NCBI GenBank assembly: GCA_964499575.1
Contig: CAZCLK010000001.1
Span: 18,330 to 82,329 of the forward strand
Length of the DNA stretch: 64,000 nt
Direction of reading: 5' to 3'
DNA from: an uncultured Oscillospiraceae bacterium
GTDB taxonomy: Bacteria > Bacillota > Clostridia > Saccharofermentanales > Saccharofermentanaceae
Shown: in pieces, positions 37,297 through 47,549 of the stretch
Position numbering within the stretch: position 1 is the first letter of the stretch
Layout: the number at the start of each line of letters is the position of its first letter
Program-made: the position numbers and the translations under genes
The notes under the pieces: model-generated
What the model was told of the DNA's origin: nothing
What the model saw: the letters and a program-made list of their open reading frames with translations, nothing else
The model's database searches: none

Positions 37297-40269
37297 ATGG
37301 CCGGATTTTCGAAAAAGCAAGTACTCGTCGTGTCTGCAATCGCTGTTTGCGTTGTTATTTTTGTTCTGCTTATCATATTTCTTGCCACGCGGTGTGCACC
37401 CAAATTGATATCCGGGATCACAACGACTGCGTCGGCTGTCATCGTCGACCCGTCGGATATTCCCGGTGTTGAGCCGGACGCACTGGTTTTTGAAGATTCG
37501 GATGTTGATCAAAAACAAAATCTGGATCAACTCACCGACCCGGCAGTTCTCGGCGATCCTTCTTGTCCGTCCCCGATAACCCTTCTCATATCCGACAAAC
37601 CGGGACGCCCCGGTTTTCCCGTTGATATTATTGCACCTGATAGCACAACGACCCCACCCGTGATTGAACCGATCCCCGAACCCTCGTTCATCCAGCCGAT
37701 CTCCCCGGACGCCAGCATTTCTTTGGCAACACCTACCCCCTCGATCATCCTTCCGATTATGCCGCCGGCTCCGTCCTTCATCATTCCGATTGCGACGCCG
37801 ACACCGTTTCCCGTCACCTGGCTCACGTTTACAAGTCCGGCATCCGGCAACCGTCTCACCGCGGGCACCTCCTTTACGCTTGAATGGTCTGCGGATGATA
37901 TCGGTCGCACTCCGAAATTCGATATTCATTTGAGTACGGACGGCGGTTTAACCTTTGATCTTATTGCCGAGGACGTAATGGAAACGACCTATGCTCTCAC
38001 CCTTCCGACTTCTCCTGCTGAGTCGTGTGTTTTCCGAATCGATATTTATGTCTCGAATAGTTATCTCGGATACGGACTGTCTCCGAATTTCAGCATCATC
38101 GCTCCGACACCGACACCGACACCCTCACCGACTCCCTCACCGACTCCCTCACCGACACCCACCGCGGCTCCGGTTCCGCCTCCGGTTTATATCCCGGCCG
38201 ACAACGCATTTATTTCCTCGGAAGGAAACGCAACACGTTGGTTTTCGGTCGAACATGATCTCAATAATGTCGCTTCTTATATTTGGCAGATCTCCACTCA
38301 GCCGTTTTCCTGTGATACCGGTTCACTTCCCGAAATAATTCCCGGACTGATTGCCACAGGCAGAATGGATGCCGGTACCACTGAATTCTCCGTTGATTTT
38401 GCGTCTCTTCTGAGTCGCTATGAAATTGTCGACGGAATGAAGCCTTCCGAATTTCTTCCGAATCAGGGATCGGAATTCGAGCCGGTTCCGGATATGGTGT
38501 TGTTGCCTCAAAGCCGGCGCGTTTTATACTTACGCATCGTTCCGTTAGACGATGGCGGACTTCCGGTCGCAACCCCGGGAAACGGCGTTCCGATCCTATA
38601 CGGAGAACCGGAGCTCGATCTCGGTTTTCAGAAGGCATTAGGTATCCCCGTCGAAAAGTCCCTGATTATCGAGTGCCCCAAAGAACCCGGAGGAATTCCT
38701 GAGATCATGACCGAAAAAGGCCTCGCGGTCTGGGCCGAAAGCGCGGACTATTGGAGTATAGCCATAGATAACGTCCCGCCCGAATCGATAGAAGTCGATT
38801 TGCAGCTGTCATCCGTTCCTTTTGCGTCAAGCAGCGCGAGTGATTTTTCGGATCCGGCCGGGCTTATCTACCGCAGTAAGGCTTCCGGACTTGTTTATAC
38901 AACAGTTACGCGATACTACCATTGGATTTATTCAGATTTTGCGCCATCGCCTGAGAGCCTCGGAAATTCTACTGTCCTATATTATCTGCGTGCGGTGTGC
39001 CTGGTTCCCGACGGGCCGACCGGGACGGTTCGGCCGGTCATTTCCGAAACGATTCCGATCTACTATACCGGCGACCCGCTTGTCTTTGCAGCCGTATCCT
39101 ACGATCCGCCGGATCCTGAGCCGGAAGAGGTCCTTGTTCAATCAAACGCCCCATATACTTATTTTCAGAGATATATAACGACTCAATGGCCGATCTATAA
39201 GAGCGATCAGTACTTTGAGGTGACCCGGCCCATTCAGGCCGAGGAAATGTGTTTTTCGATCACCAACAACAAGACGGGAGATTTTCTCCTTCCCTACAGT
39301 TTACACAAACAACTTTATCCTCAGACGACCAGGGAGTCGTATCAAGCTACACTGGACGCGATGCTTCCGGTCGGGGCATGGTTTCATCTGACACTCACCG
39401 AAAGCGAATGGTCCCGGTTGTGGGGCGATTTCGTTGAACTCGCCAAACAGACGTACAACGGAATTCGAAGCGCGTATAACGGTATTAAGGGTGAGGTCGC
39501 GGTTTTTATTGCCGATCGGTTCTCGTTCCTCGGAGAAGACGCGCGCAATCTGATCGAAAAGGCCGTTACGAGAGCGATCGACGTAGGGCTTGCCTCCATC
39601 GGACTTCCGCCAAGCTTACCGGATTTTGAAACGATGGCCGAAGAGGGTGTCGATTATTGCCTGCGCGTGGCTTTGGCCGAAACCGGCGCGTCGCTCGGTG
39701 TCCCGATCGACGAGATTCCGATCGAGGTACATAACCAGGTAACCGATGAAGTTATAAATCGCATCAATTCGTTGGCCGAAATGAACCGCATCAACCCACT
39801 GAACGTCGATTTTCTGAAACCCGCATCCGAAGCGGCCTACCGTCCGGCCTATATTGACGTTCGCGTTTATAATCAAAACGGCGTCCTAAGTCCGACAGGA
39901 ACACTGACGGTGAGTTTCTACCCGGTTCATAAGCCGCACTATAAGTTTTATGAGTATGTGACGTTGCCGGTCCCGTCCTTAAAGCCCGGAGAGGAAACGA
40001 TTATTCGGGTGTATCTGAAGCCGGACAATACAGACTCCGCGGGGATATACAACAGTTACTACTTCGGCGAAGAAGGCGACTGTCTTCTTACCGTGCGCGT
40101 CGAGTACGATGTACCGGAAGTCCACGAAGCCGCAATAGATCAGGGAATCAGCGGCAGTGACCCGAACCGTCCGGATGTATTTGTTTTTGATTACGACCCG
40201 GTGTATGAGTTTCTCGCAATAATGCCTCCGGGAGAAAACATCTATCCGGCCAATCAGTACTATGAATAG
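37297..40269 (+). CDS. Large membrane-anchored surface protein with Pro-rich and PT-linker regions
   Basis: 990 aa. N-terminal TM VLVVSAIAVCVVIFVLLIIFLA, a Pro-rich spacer, an Ig/FN3-like block (LTFTSPASGNRLTAGTSFTLEWS), a (PT/PS)n linker, about 650 aa with no recognisable motif, and a CARDB-like C-terminal block (LPVPSLKPGEETIIRVYLKP). Confidence 0.65.
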   Translation: MAGFSKKQVLVVSAIAVCVVIFVLLIIFLATRCAPKLISGITTTASAVIVDPSDIPGVEPDALVFEDSDVDQKQNLDQLTDPAVLGDPSCPSPITLLISDKPGRPGFPVDIIAPDSTTTPPVIEPIPEPSFIQPISPDASISLATPTPSIILPIMPPAPSFIIPIATPTPFPVTWLTFTSPASGNRLTAGTSFTLEWSADDIGRTPKFDIHLSTDGGLTFDLIAEDVMETTYALTLPTSPAESCVFRIDIYVSNSYLGYGLSPNFSIIAPTPTPTPSPTPSPTPSPTPTAAPVPPPVYIPADNAFISSEGNATRWFSVEHDLNNVASYIWQISTQPFSCDTGSLPEIIPGLIATGRMDAGTTEFSVDFASLLSRYEIVDGMKPSEFLPNQGSEFEPVPDMVLLPQSRRVLYLRIVPLDDGGLPVATPGNGVPILYGEPELDLGFQKALGIPVEKSLIIECPKEPGGIPEIMTEKGLAVWAESADYWSIAIDNVPPESIEVDLQLSSVPFASSSASDFSDPAGLIYRSKASGLVYTTVTRYYHWIYSDFAPSPESLGNSTVLYYLRAVCLVPDGPTGTVRPVISETIPIYYTGDPLVFAAVSYDPPDPEPEEVLVQSNAPYTYFQRYITTQWPIYKSDQYFEVTRPIQAEEMCFSITNNKTGDFLLPYSLHKQLYPQTTRESYQATLDAMLPVGAWFHLTLTESEWSRLWGDFVELAKQTYNGIRSAYNGIKGEVAVFIADRFSFLGEDARNLIEKAVTRAIDVGLASIGLPPSLPDFETMAEEGVDYCLRVALAETGASLGVPIDEIPIEVHNQVTDEVINRINSLAEMNRINPLNVDFLKPASEAAYRPAYIDVRVYNQNGVLSPTGTLTVSFYPVHKPHYKFYEYVTLPVPSLKPGEETIIRVYLKPDNTDSAGIYNSYYFGEEGDCLLTVRVEYDVPEVHEAAIDQGISGSDPNRPDVFVFDYDPVYEFLAIMPPGENIYPANQYYE
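38104..38163 (+). repeat. Short tandem DNA repeat encoding the PTPTPTPSPTPSPTPSPTPT linker
   Basis: ccgaca x3, then tcaccgac(t/a)ccc x3. In frame within the 990-aa ORF. Confidence 0.85.
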
Positions 40270-40408
40270 AAGATACCCGTTCCCGTCGTTTAGAAACGAT
40301 TCGCAAATCAGCCGAACCGGATGTCTGATGGTACATTCGGGGCACTTTTCGAGTTGATTCCTGTGGCAAAAATCCGGAAATAATGCTAGTATATGTACTG
40401 CTGTTTAT

Positions 40409-40491
40409 GCGGACGTGGTGGAATTGGCAGACACGCTGGATTTAGGTTCCAGTGCGAGAGCATGCAGGTTCAAGTCCTGTCGTCCGCACCA
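40409..40491 (+). tRNA. tRNA-Leu (anticodon UAG), class II with long variable arm, CCA encoded
   Basis: Acceptor GCGGACG/CGTCCGC, anticodon stem CTGGA/TCCAG with loop TTTAGGT, variable arm TGCGAGAGCAT, T-arm GCAGG-TTCAAGT-CCTGT, discriminator A plus CCA. Confidence 0.9.
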
Positions 40492-40522
40492 AATATCAAA
40501 AAACCCTTCCCCGCGTTCGGAC

Positions 40523-40582
40523 AAGTCCCCGGATCACAAGCGATCCTGCGGAACTCCGGCGGGAGACGGGACTTTTCTTTTT
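40523..40582 (+). terminator. Probable terminator downstream of tRNA-Leu
   Basis: AAGTCCC...GGGACTT enclose an inner hairpin CCGGA...TCCGG and are followed by TTTCTTTTT. Confidence 0.45.
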
Positions 40583-40704
40583 AAGGCGGCGCCGCAAGGC
40601 AGCGCGTGAATCAATACTCTTTTCTCTCGTTTTGAGCGCCATTCGGGCGCGAGAGTCTCCTGGTTACGCCACACCGGGGCTTGGGGTTTTTGTAGAAATT
40701 AAAC

Positions 40705-41622
40705 TCACAGCCACTTCTTTCTCTTAAAGAAGATCAAGGTTCCGATCGCCGTCAATATACTGATCCCGATTACAAACAGATAGCCGTAACGCCATCCGAA
40801 TTCGGGCATTTTGAGGTTCATGCCGTACCATCCTACGATGAGGGTCAGCGGGAAGAAGAACGACGTGATGACAGTAAAAACCTTCATAATGCTGTTGAGG
40901 TTGATATCGATTTGTGTCTGGTACGCTTCTCTTACTTGGGTCACGTAATCGCGCAGGTTCAGGACACCGTCATAAAGTCGCGTCGCTCTGCCGGAAAGAA
41001 TTCTGAAATTACGCTCTTCTTTCAAATCGAGCAGGGCGTTTTCGTTCTGCTCAATCCCTTCATAGACCTCAAGAAGCTGTTGATAGTAGAGCTTCAGCGA
41101 AAGGAGTTTTTTTCGAAAAGTCATGATGTCAACAAGATCAATCTTCTTGAAGAGCATCAGCTCGTCTTCGAGGTCCGATATTTCCTCTTCAAGGTTACGG
41201 AGATCCAGCGAATCATCATAGGTCAATTTATCAAAGTACAGGTGAATGATCTTGCTGAGACTCAAGTTCTTGATCGGCTCGGTCCGGAGGGATTCGACCA
41301 TTTTGGTGACGACCGGATCGTCATTACAGATAAATAGGAGCAGATCCCGGGCAAAATAAATACAAACGCGCTGAGGTTCTTTCTTCATATTTGCGACGTC
41401 CGGGATATTCAGGACGATCAGATCATATCCGTCGTGACTTTCGAACTTGGATATTCTGCTCGAAAAGATATCCTCCGCCGTCTTGTCGCTGATACCGATC
41501 TTACTACTAACCTTTTTGAACTCAGAAAAACCGAACACGCACAAATGCTGCCGATCCTTTTCGAGAAGGGCTTGCTTAACGGTATCTTCGGTCAGGGCGT
41601 CTTTTTCGACAAGAAACACCAT
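40705..41622 (-). CDS. corA: Magnesium/cobalt transporter CorA
   Basis: C-terminal TM pair with YGMNLKMPE (GMN motif). I prefer the start MVFLVEKD (AAAGAGGGA upstream). The alternative ATG at 41643 overlaps the lepA stop. Confidence 0.85.
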   Translation of the reverse strand: MVFLVEKDALTEDTVKQALLEKDRQHLCVFGFSEFKKVSSKIGISDKTAEDIFSSRISKFESHDGYDLIVLNIPDVANMKKEPQRVCIYFARDLLLFICNDDPVVTKMVESLRTEPIKNLSLSKIIHLYFDKLTYDDSLDLRNLEEEISDLEDELMLFKKIDLVDIMTFRKKLLSLKLYYQQLLEVYEGIEQNENALLDLKEERNFRILSGRATRLYDGVLNLRDYVTQVREAYQTQIDINLNSIMKVFTVITSFFFPLTLIVGWYGMNLKMPEFGWRYGYLFVIGISILTAIGTLIFFKRKKWL

Positions 41623-41635
41623 ATTTGATCCCTCT

Positions 41636-43441
41636 TTACTCATCGAGCCTCAGCACGCTCATGAAAGCCTCCTGCGGAACCTCGACGCTTCCGACCTGCC
41701 TCATGCGCTTCTTCCCTTCTTTTTGTTTCTCCAAAAGTTTCTTCTTGCGCGTAATGTCACCGCCGTAGCACTTTGCCAGAACGTCCTTCCGATAAGCGCG
41801 GATCGTTTCTCTGGCGATAACCTTTCCGCCGATACACGCCTGTACGGGGACCTCGAACTGCTGCCTCGGGATATTGTCCTTGAGCTTCTCCGCCATTCTT
41901 CTTGCCCGGGCATACGCCTTTTCGCGATGAACGATAAAGGAAAGCGCATCGACGATATCCCCGTTGAGCATAATATCGAGTTTCACAAGGTCGGATTTCT
42001 GATACCCGTCCACCTCGTAGTCCAACGAGCCGTACCCGCGCGTTCTGGACTTGAGGGCGTCGAAAAAGTCGTAAATAATCTCATTCAACGGCATGCGATA
42101 GTGAAGGATGACACGCTTATCGTCCAAATATTCCATGTTCAAATATTCACCGCGCCGTTCCTGACACAGATCCATTATATTTCCGACGTATTCCTTCGGA
42201 ATCATGATCGAGGCCTTGACGATCGGTTCTTCGATATAGTCGATGTCCGCAGGATCCGGCATATTGGTCGGGTTATCCATACGAATCTCTTCCCCGTTCG
42301 TTCTGAACACTTTATACACTACGGATGGCGCGGTCGAAATCAGGTCAAGATTGAATTCGCGCTCGATGCGCTCCTGAACGACCTCGTAATGCAAAAGTCC
42401 CAGGAAGCCGCATCGGAATCCGAAGCCCAGCGCGGCAGAGGTCTCGGGCTCGAAGGAGAGCGCCGCGTCGTTGAGTTGAAGTTTCTCCAGAGCGTCCCGG
42501 AGGTCCGGATACTTCGCCCCGTCGATCGGATAAAGGCCGCAGAAAACCATCTGCTGGATCTTCTTATATCCCGGGAGCGGCTCGGACGCGGGGCGTTCGG
42601 CAAGCGTCACCGTATCGCCGGGCGCCGTGTCCCGAACGTTCTTAATAGACGCACAGATGTATCCGACCTCACCCGCAAGAAGACATTCCGACGGCACCAG
42701 AACTCCCGGGTGAAAATACCCGAGTTCGACCACGGTGAATTCTTTTTTGGTGTGCATCATCCGGATCCGGTCACCTTGTTTCACCTGACCGTTTACGATA
42801 CGGACGTGCACGATAACGCCTTTATACGCGTCAAACTTCGAATCGAAAATCAGAGCCTGCAGCGGAGCTTCCTCATCGCCTTCGGGCGCCGGCAGATATT
42901 TAACGACCGACTCGAGAACCGCGTCGATCCCGATATCATTTTTCGCGGATATCAACGGCGCGTGCGCTGACGGAAGACCGATCACGTCTTCTATTTCCAT
43001 CCGGACTTCCTCGGGCATGGCCGACGGCAAATCGATTTTGTTGATGACCGGCAGGATTTCAAGGTTTGCGTCGAGCGCGAGAAACACATTGGCAAGTGTC
43101 TGCGCCTCGATCCCTTGTGCCGCATCGACGACCAGAACGGCTCCGTCGCACGCCAGAAGGCTCCTCAGCACTTCGTAATTGAAGTCGACGTGACCGGGAG
43201 TGTCGATCAGATTCAACTGGTATTCAACCCCGTCGTTCGCCTTATAGAACATGCGCGTCGCTTGGGCCTTGATCGTGATGCCCCGCTCGCGCTCGATATC
43301 CATGTTATCCAGAACCTGGCTTTGCATTTCACGCGCGGTAAGAACGCCGGTATGCTCGATCAGGCGATCGGCAAGAGTCGATTTGCCGTGATCGATATGC
43401 GCAATGATGCTGAAGTTCCTGATTTTCGAAAGTCTGTCCAT
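41636..43441 (-). CDS. lepA: Translation elongation factor 4 (LepA)
   Basis: 601 aa. [33 protein letters not shown] and a LepA-specific C-terminal domain. Confidence 0.97.
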   Translation of the reverse strand: MDRLSKIRNFSIIAHIDHGKSTLADRLIEHTGVLTAREMQSQVLDNMDIERERGITIKAQATRMFYKANDGVEYQLNLIDTPGHVDFNYEVLRSLLACDGAVLVVDAAQGIEAQTLANVFLALDANLEILPVINKIDLPSAMPEEVRMEIEDVIGLPSAHAPLISAKNDIGIDAVLESVVKYLPAPEGDEEAPLQALIFDSKFDAYKGVIVHVRIVNGQVKQGDRIRMMHTKKEFTVVELGYFHPGVLVPSECLLAGEVGYICASIKNVRDTAPGDTVTLAERPASEPLPGYKKIQQMVFCGLYPIDGAKYPDLRDALEKLQLNDAALSFEPETSAALGFGFRCGFLGLLHYEVVQERIEREFNLDLISTAPSVVYKVFRTNGEEIRMDNPTNMPDPADIDYIEEPIVKASIMIPKEYVGNIMDLCQERRGEYLNMEYLDDKRVILHYRMPLNEIIYDFFDALKSRTRGYGSLDYEVDGYQKSDLVKLDIMLNGDIVDALSFIVHREKAYARARRMAEKLKDNIPRQQFEVPVQACIGGKVIARETIRAYRKDVLAKCYGGDITRKKKLLEKQKEGKKRMRQVGSVEVPQEAFMSVLRLDE

Positions 43442-43465
43442 TATATGTTTGCCGTTTACTTTCTC

Positions 43466-44422
43466 TCAGAATAATTCGATCGCGTCAAACGGATAGATCC
43501 TTGCGATGACGTGGGATTTGATCTGTTTGACCGTGAAGGGGCCGAGTCGTCTGCTGTCGTTACTTGCGCCGCGATTATCTCCGAGGCAATAGTACTGATC
43601 CGGTCCGAGCGTTATATGATCGTAGCCTTTCGCGGCACCTTCCTCAGAAACATATGTCCTTACTCCCTCGGTCAGATATGGTTCGATCAGCAAACTGCCA
43701 TTGATATAAATAAGGCCGTCCACGATATCAACCGTTTCTCCGGGACGTCCGACGATCCGCTTGATCAGATTTTCCTTGTGATAATAGCCTTCCATTCCCT
43801 CTGCGTCAATGGTCACGATATCGCCCCGCTCAAAGTCTCCCAGATACACGCTGATCATCTCGACGAAGACCGCGTCATTATCGAAAAGTGTCGGCTCCAT
43901 CGACTCGCCGTAAACATCATTCCTCTGAACGACAAAAACAACAAGTAGGATCCCGACCAGCAGGCCGAGGCTGATAAATCGCAAGGTGTCCAAAAAGGAA
44001 TAAAGAAACCCGTGCGCTTCCTCACCTTGATCTTCCGGATGTTCCACCTTTACACGCCGCACTTTGAGTCCCGCAGCTTCAGGTTCCCCGGCCTTCTCCG
44101 CTCTTCTGACGAGCAGAACCTCTCCGTCCAGTTTGCTCGGACCTTCCGGCACAATGATGTCCTGCCGGTCCTCTTCCACACGGATCACGCGTCCGTTCAG
44201 CACGTCGTCTTCGTCGATCTGCGCTTCTTGCGGTTTTGAACCGGTATCGTCGTCCGTCTTCGCGAAAAGCTCCGGGTCTATGACCGGCTGATCTTCGCTG
44301 TCGGGTGTCTCCCCCGATTCTTCCGCTACGACTGTATCCGTCAATTCATTCCGATCTTCGAGCATATCGGCGGAGCGTTCTTCGTCCTTACCGTTTGTAT
44401 GCTCAGCAGGGTCACGAAACAT
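43466..44422 (-). CDS. lepB: Signal peptidase I with an unusually long acidic N-terminal cytoplasmic extension
   Basis: S26 motifs GESMEPTL, RIVGRPGE and GDNRGASNDSR. I prefer the start MFRDPAEH (AGGAG 7 nt upstream), which overlaps the aspS end by 11 nt. Confidence 0.85.
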   Translation of the reverse strand: MFRDPAEHTNGKDEERSADMLEDRNELTDTVVAEESGETPDSEDQPVIDPELFAKTDDDTGSKPQEAQIDEDDVLNGRVIRVEEDRQDIIVPEGPSKLDGEVLLVRRAEKAGEPEAAGLKVRRVKVEHPEDQGEEAHGFLYSFLDTLRFISLGLLVGILLVVFVVQRNDVYGESMEPTLFDNDAVFVEMISVYLGDFERGDIVTIDAEGMEGYYHKENLIKRIVGRPGETVDIVDGLIYINGSLLIEPYLTEGVRTYVSEEGAAKGYDHITLGPDQYYCLGDNRGASNDSRRLGPFTVKQIKSHVIARIYPFDAIELF

Positions 44423-46199
44423 CGGCCGGCTCCTTTCGAATGTCAATACCCAGTTCATCCAGTTGCTTTGACGAAACCGGCGCGGGCGCCTCCGTCATCA
44501 GATCGGAGGAGTTCTGCACCTTCGGGAAGGCGATCACGTCGCGAATACTGCCGCATCCGCCCAAGAGCATCGCGATCCGGTCGAGCCCGAAAGCCAGACC
44601 GCCGTGCGGCGGCGCTCCGAATCGAAATGCGTCGAGCAGGAATCCGAACTGCTCCATCGCCTGTTCTTCCGAAAAGCCCAGGAGCGCAAACATCTTATTC
44701 TGCAACGCGCGGTCATGGATACGAATGCTTCCGCCGCCAAGCTCGGTACCGTTCAGGACAATATCGTATGCGTTGGAGCGAACCGATCCCGGATCACTGT
44801 CCAACAGGCTCAGATCCTCGAGCATCGGGCTGGTGAATGGGTGGTGTTTGGCAACAAACCGACCTTCCTCTTCATCGTACTCCAAAAGAGGAAACTCCGT
44901 AACCCACAGGAGCGCCATGACGCTCTCGTCGATCAGATTCATTTTTGCCGCGGCCTCGCGGCGGACCGCCCCGAGCGCTTCGAAGACCGTCTGATTTTTG
45001 TCCGAAACGAACAGAATCAAGTCCTCTGCCCCGGCATGCATCGCCGAGGCGATTTCCGAGATGTTTTCGGCGGTCAAAAATTTGAGGAAGGATCCACGCG
45101 GCGGGTCGGACGGGATCAGCCATGCCAAGCCTCCGGCGCGATAAGTCTTTGCAACCTCACCGAAGGCTTCGATCTCTTTCCTGGAAAGTGAGGCGCCACC
45201 CGGAACGCAGATCGCGCGGACACTGCCGCCCGCAGTCACGGCGTTTGTAAACGGAGGAAATTCAGTCTTCTTCGCGATTTTCGAGAGGTTGACGAATTCA
45301 AGCCCGAAACGGATGTCCGGCTTATCCGAGCCGAACCGCTCCATCGCTTCCGCATAGGTGATTCTCGGGATCGGTGAGCGAACAGTAATCCCCATCACAT
45401 CGCGCATGACCTCGACGATAAAACCTTCCGCAACCCGCATGACGTCGTCGCTGTCGACAAAGGACATCTCCAGGTCGATCTGGGTAAATTCCGGCTGACG
45501 GTCCGCTCGCAAATCCTCGTCACGAAAGCATTTGGCAATCTGCATATAGCGATCGTAGCCGGCGAGCATCAGCAATTGTTTGTACAGTTGAGGCGATTGG
45601 GGAAGCGCAAAAAAACTTCCGTTCTTGACGCGACTCGGGACCAGATAATCCCGTGCGCCCTCCGGCGTACTTTTGCCGAGCATCGGTGTCTCGATCTCCA
45701 GAAAGCCGTTCCGATCGAAATAATCGCGGGCGCATTTGGCGATCCGGTGGCGAAGAACCAGGTTTCTTTGTACGTCGGGTCTTCTTAAATCCAGATACCG
45801 GTACTTGAGCCGAAGCGCTTCGTTGGCCGCGACGTTTTCTTCGATATAAAACGGCGGCGTCGCGGCTTCTGACAGGATCCTCAGTTCGGAAACACAAATT
45901 TCCAGTTCACCGGTCTTCATCAGAGGATTGGGCGCGCTTCTCTTCCTTACGTTCCCGACACAGGCGAGAACAAACTCACTTCGAATCCGGGAAGCCTTCT
46001 CACGTATATCCGCACTGCTGTCGGGTGTAACCACCAGTTGAATTTCTCCGGACCGGTCTCTCAGCGTAATAAAATATAAACCGCCCAAATCTCTGTTGTG
46101 ATGGCACCAACCCATCAGGGTAACATCCTTACCGATATCCCCGGGGGTAACCTCTCCGCAAAGCATCGTCCGTTTCAGTCCCAAAATTGTCTCCGCCAT
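44412..46199 (-). CDS. aspS: Aspartate--tRNA ligase
   Basis: 595 aa. Class II motifs FRDEDLRADRQPEFTQID and GGGSIRIH...GAPPHGGLAFGLDR. Confidence 0.97.
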   Translation of the reverse strand: MAETILGLKRTMLCGEVTPGDIGKDVTLMGWCHHNRDLGGLYFITLRDRSGEIQLVVTPDSSADIREKASRIRSEFVLACVGNVRKRSAPNPLMKTGELEICVSELRILSEAATPPFYIEENVAANEALRLKYRYLDLRRPDVQRNLVLRHRIAKCARDYFDRNGFLEIETPMLGKSTPEGARDYLVPSRVKNGSFFALPQSPQLYKQLLMLAGYDRYMQIAKCFRDEDLRADRQPEFTQIDLEMSFVDSDDVMRVAEGFIVEVMRDVMGITVRSPIPRITYAEAMERFGSDKPDIRFGLEFVNLSKIAKKTEFPPFTNAVTAGGSVRAICVPGGASLSRKEIEAFGEVAKTYRAGGLAWLIPSDPPRGSFLKFLTAENISEIASAMHAGAEDLILFVSDKNQTVFEALGAVRREAAAKMNLIDESVMALLWVTEFPLLEYDEEEGRFVAKHHPFTSPMLEDLSLLDSDPGSVRSNAYDIVLNGTELGGGSIRIHDRALQNKMFALLGFSEEQAMEQFGFLLDAFRFGAPPHGGLAFGLDRIAMLLGGCGSIRDVIAFPKVQNSSDLMTEAPAPVSSKQLDELGIDIRKEPADVS

Positions 46200-46211
46200 A
46201 TTCGTCTCCCG

Positions 46212-47489
46212 TCAAATATTTCCGTATATATATTCTTTGATGTCCGCTATCCCGTTTTCAATCGAAAACCCGGCGGACGTACCGTCGCTCATTCTTTTGA
46301 GCGAAAAGGTCCCCGCGGCCGCCTCATCCGGTCCGATGACCGCGACAAACGGGATCCCGGCCTTGTTCGCATATTTCATCTGTGCCCGGAAACTTCTTCC
46401 GACAAGATCGGTCTCGCACCCGATACCGGAAGAGCGCATCCGAAAAGCCAGTTTTCGACAAGAAGCACGCGTCTCTTCCGAAAGGTTTGCGATATAGACC
46501 TTGACGGGGCTTTCCTCTAAAAGTTCGATCCCCTGCGCTTGCATTTCCATCAAAAAGCGTTCGACGCCCATCGCGAATCCGACTCCGGGAACATCCGGTC
46601 CGTCCATCATCCCGACCAGTTTGTCGTATCGGCCTCCGCCGCAGATCGTCCCTTGCGTTCCCACATGGTCGGAAACAAACTCAAAAACCGTTCTGGTGTA
46701 ATAATCGAGCCCCCGGACAATTCCGGGGTCGACCGTGTATGTGATGTCGAGGTCGTCAAGGGCGCTCTGGAGCCCTTCAAAGTGCTCTTTACATTCCGCG
46801 CAAAGAAATTGAAGCTGCCGCGGCGCGTCGGCTGTGTATACCTTACAGCGCGGTTCCTTGCAATCGAGAATCCGCATCGGATTCTGCTTCATCCGCTCGT
46901 TACAGTCCGGGCACATGCCCGTAAGTTTGTCCGAAAAGTATTCTCTCAGCTCCTCATAGTACGCGGACCGGCATTTCGGGCATCCGATGCTGTTGATGCA
47001 TAATCGCGTCTCCCGAACACCCATCCGTTTGAAGAACAGCAAGAGAAGGCTGATGATCTCCGCGTCGATATCGGGTCCCTGCGCGCCGAACGCCTCGACG
47101 CCGAACTGGTGAAATTCGCGGTACCGCCCTTTTTGCATTTTTTCATAACGAAAAGCATTGATCATATAAAAGAGCCGCACGGGCGCCGGCAAGGAAGACA
47201 TGCCGTTCTCGATATAACTTCTGACAACGCCCGCAGTACCCTCCGGTCTCAGCGTCATACTACGCCCGCCTTTATCGTCGAACGTGTACATTTCTTTACG
47301 AACGACGTCGGTAGATCCGCCCACGCCCCGGGTGAAAACTTCGGTATGCTCAAACGTCGGAATCCGGATCTCGCAAAAGCCATATCCGGCGCAGACTTCC
47401 GAAAAGACCCGCTCCGCCCGCTGCCATCCGGAAACCTCTGCGGGCAATATATCTTTGGTTCCTTTGGGGACCGAAAAAGCCATCTTCAC
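46212..47489 (-). CDS. hisS: Histidine--tRNA ligase
   Basis: 425 aa. Has KGTKDILP, FRYEKMQKGRYREFHQFG and GGGRYD. Confidence 0.97.
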   Translation of the reverse strand: MKMAFSVPKGTKDILPAEVSGWQRAERVFSEVCAGYGFCEIRIPTFEHTEVFTRGVGGSTDVVRKEMYTFDDKGGRSMTLRPEGTAGVVRSYIENGMSSLPAPVRLFYMINAFRYEKMQKGRYREFHQFGVEAFGAQGPDIDAEIISLLLLFFKRMGVRETRLCINSIGCPKCRSAYYEELREYFSDKLTGMCPDCNERMKQNPMRILDCKEPRCKVYTADAPRQLQFLCAECKEHFEGLQSALDDLDITYTVDPGIVRGLDYYTRTVFEFVSDHVGTQGTICGGGRYDKLVGMMDGPDVPGVGFAMGVERFLMEMQAQGIELLEESPVKVYIANLSEETRASCRKLAFRMRSSGIGCETDLVGRSFRAQMKYANKAGIPFVAVIGPDEAAAGTFSLKRMSDGTSAGFSIENGIADIKEYIYGNI

Positions 47490-47549
47490 TCTCCTTAAGG
47501 GTGCGTTACAATTGCCGGCCGATGAAAACCTGCAACTTGTTATTATACA

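Noticed and set aside
36795-37929. Minus-strand ORFs 36795-37442 and 37273-37929 overlapping the zinc-ribbon and surface-protein genes
   Set aside because: They are Arg/Gly-rich shadow frames. The plus-strand genes have proper RBSs, a zinc ribbon, and TM plus PT-linker features.
40620-40660. Nested inverted repeat CTCTC..GCGCC-attcg-GGCGC-GAGAG between the tRNA and corA
   Set aside because: It has no flanking U-run on either strand and no recognisable ncRNA motif. It may be a weak corA 3' structure, but that is not supportable.
40270-40704. tRNA-Leu as an integration site marking the 34.8-40.3 kb unknown block as a genomic island
   Set aside because: There is no integrase or recombinase, no direct repeat of the tRNA 3' end that I could find nearby, and no mobility genes. 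The island hypothesis is unsupported from this window alone.
41447-42970. 507-aa plus-strand ORF opposite lepA
   Set aside because: lepA on the other strand is unambiguous (GTPase motifs). The antisense translation has no motifs and a skewed composition.
47490-47549. Expected T-box leader upstream of hisS-aspS
   Set aside because: Only 60 nt separate rsmE and hisS, and no GGGUGGUACCGCG-like sequence is present. hisS appears to be read through from rsmE or a short promoter.
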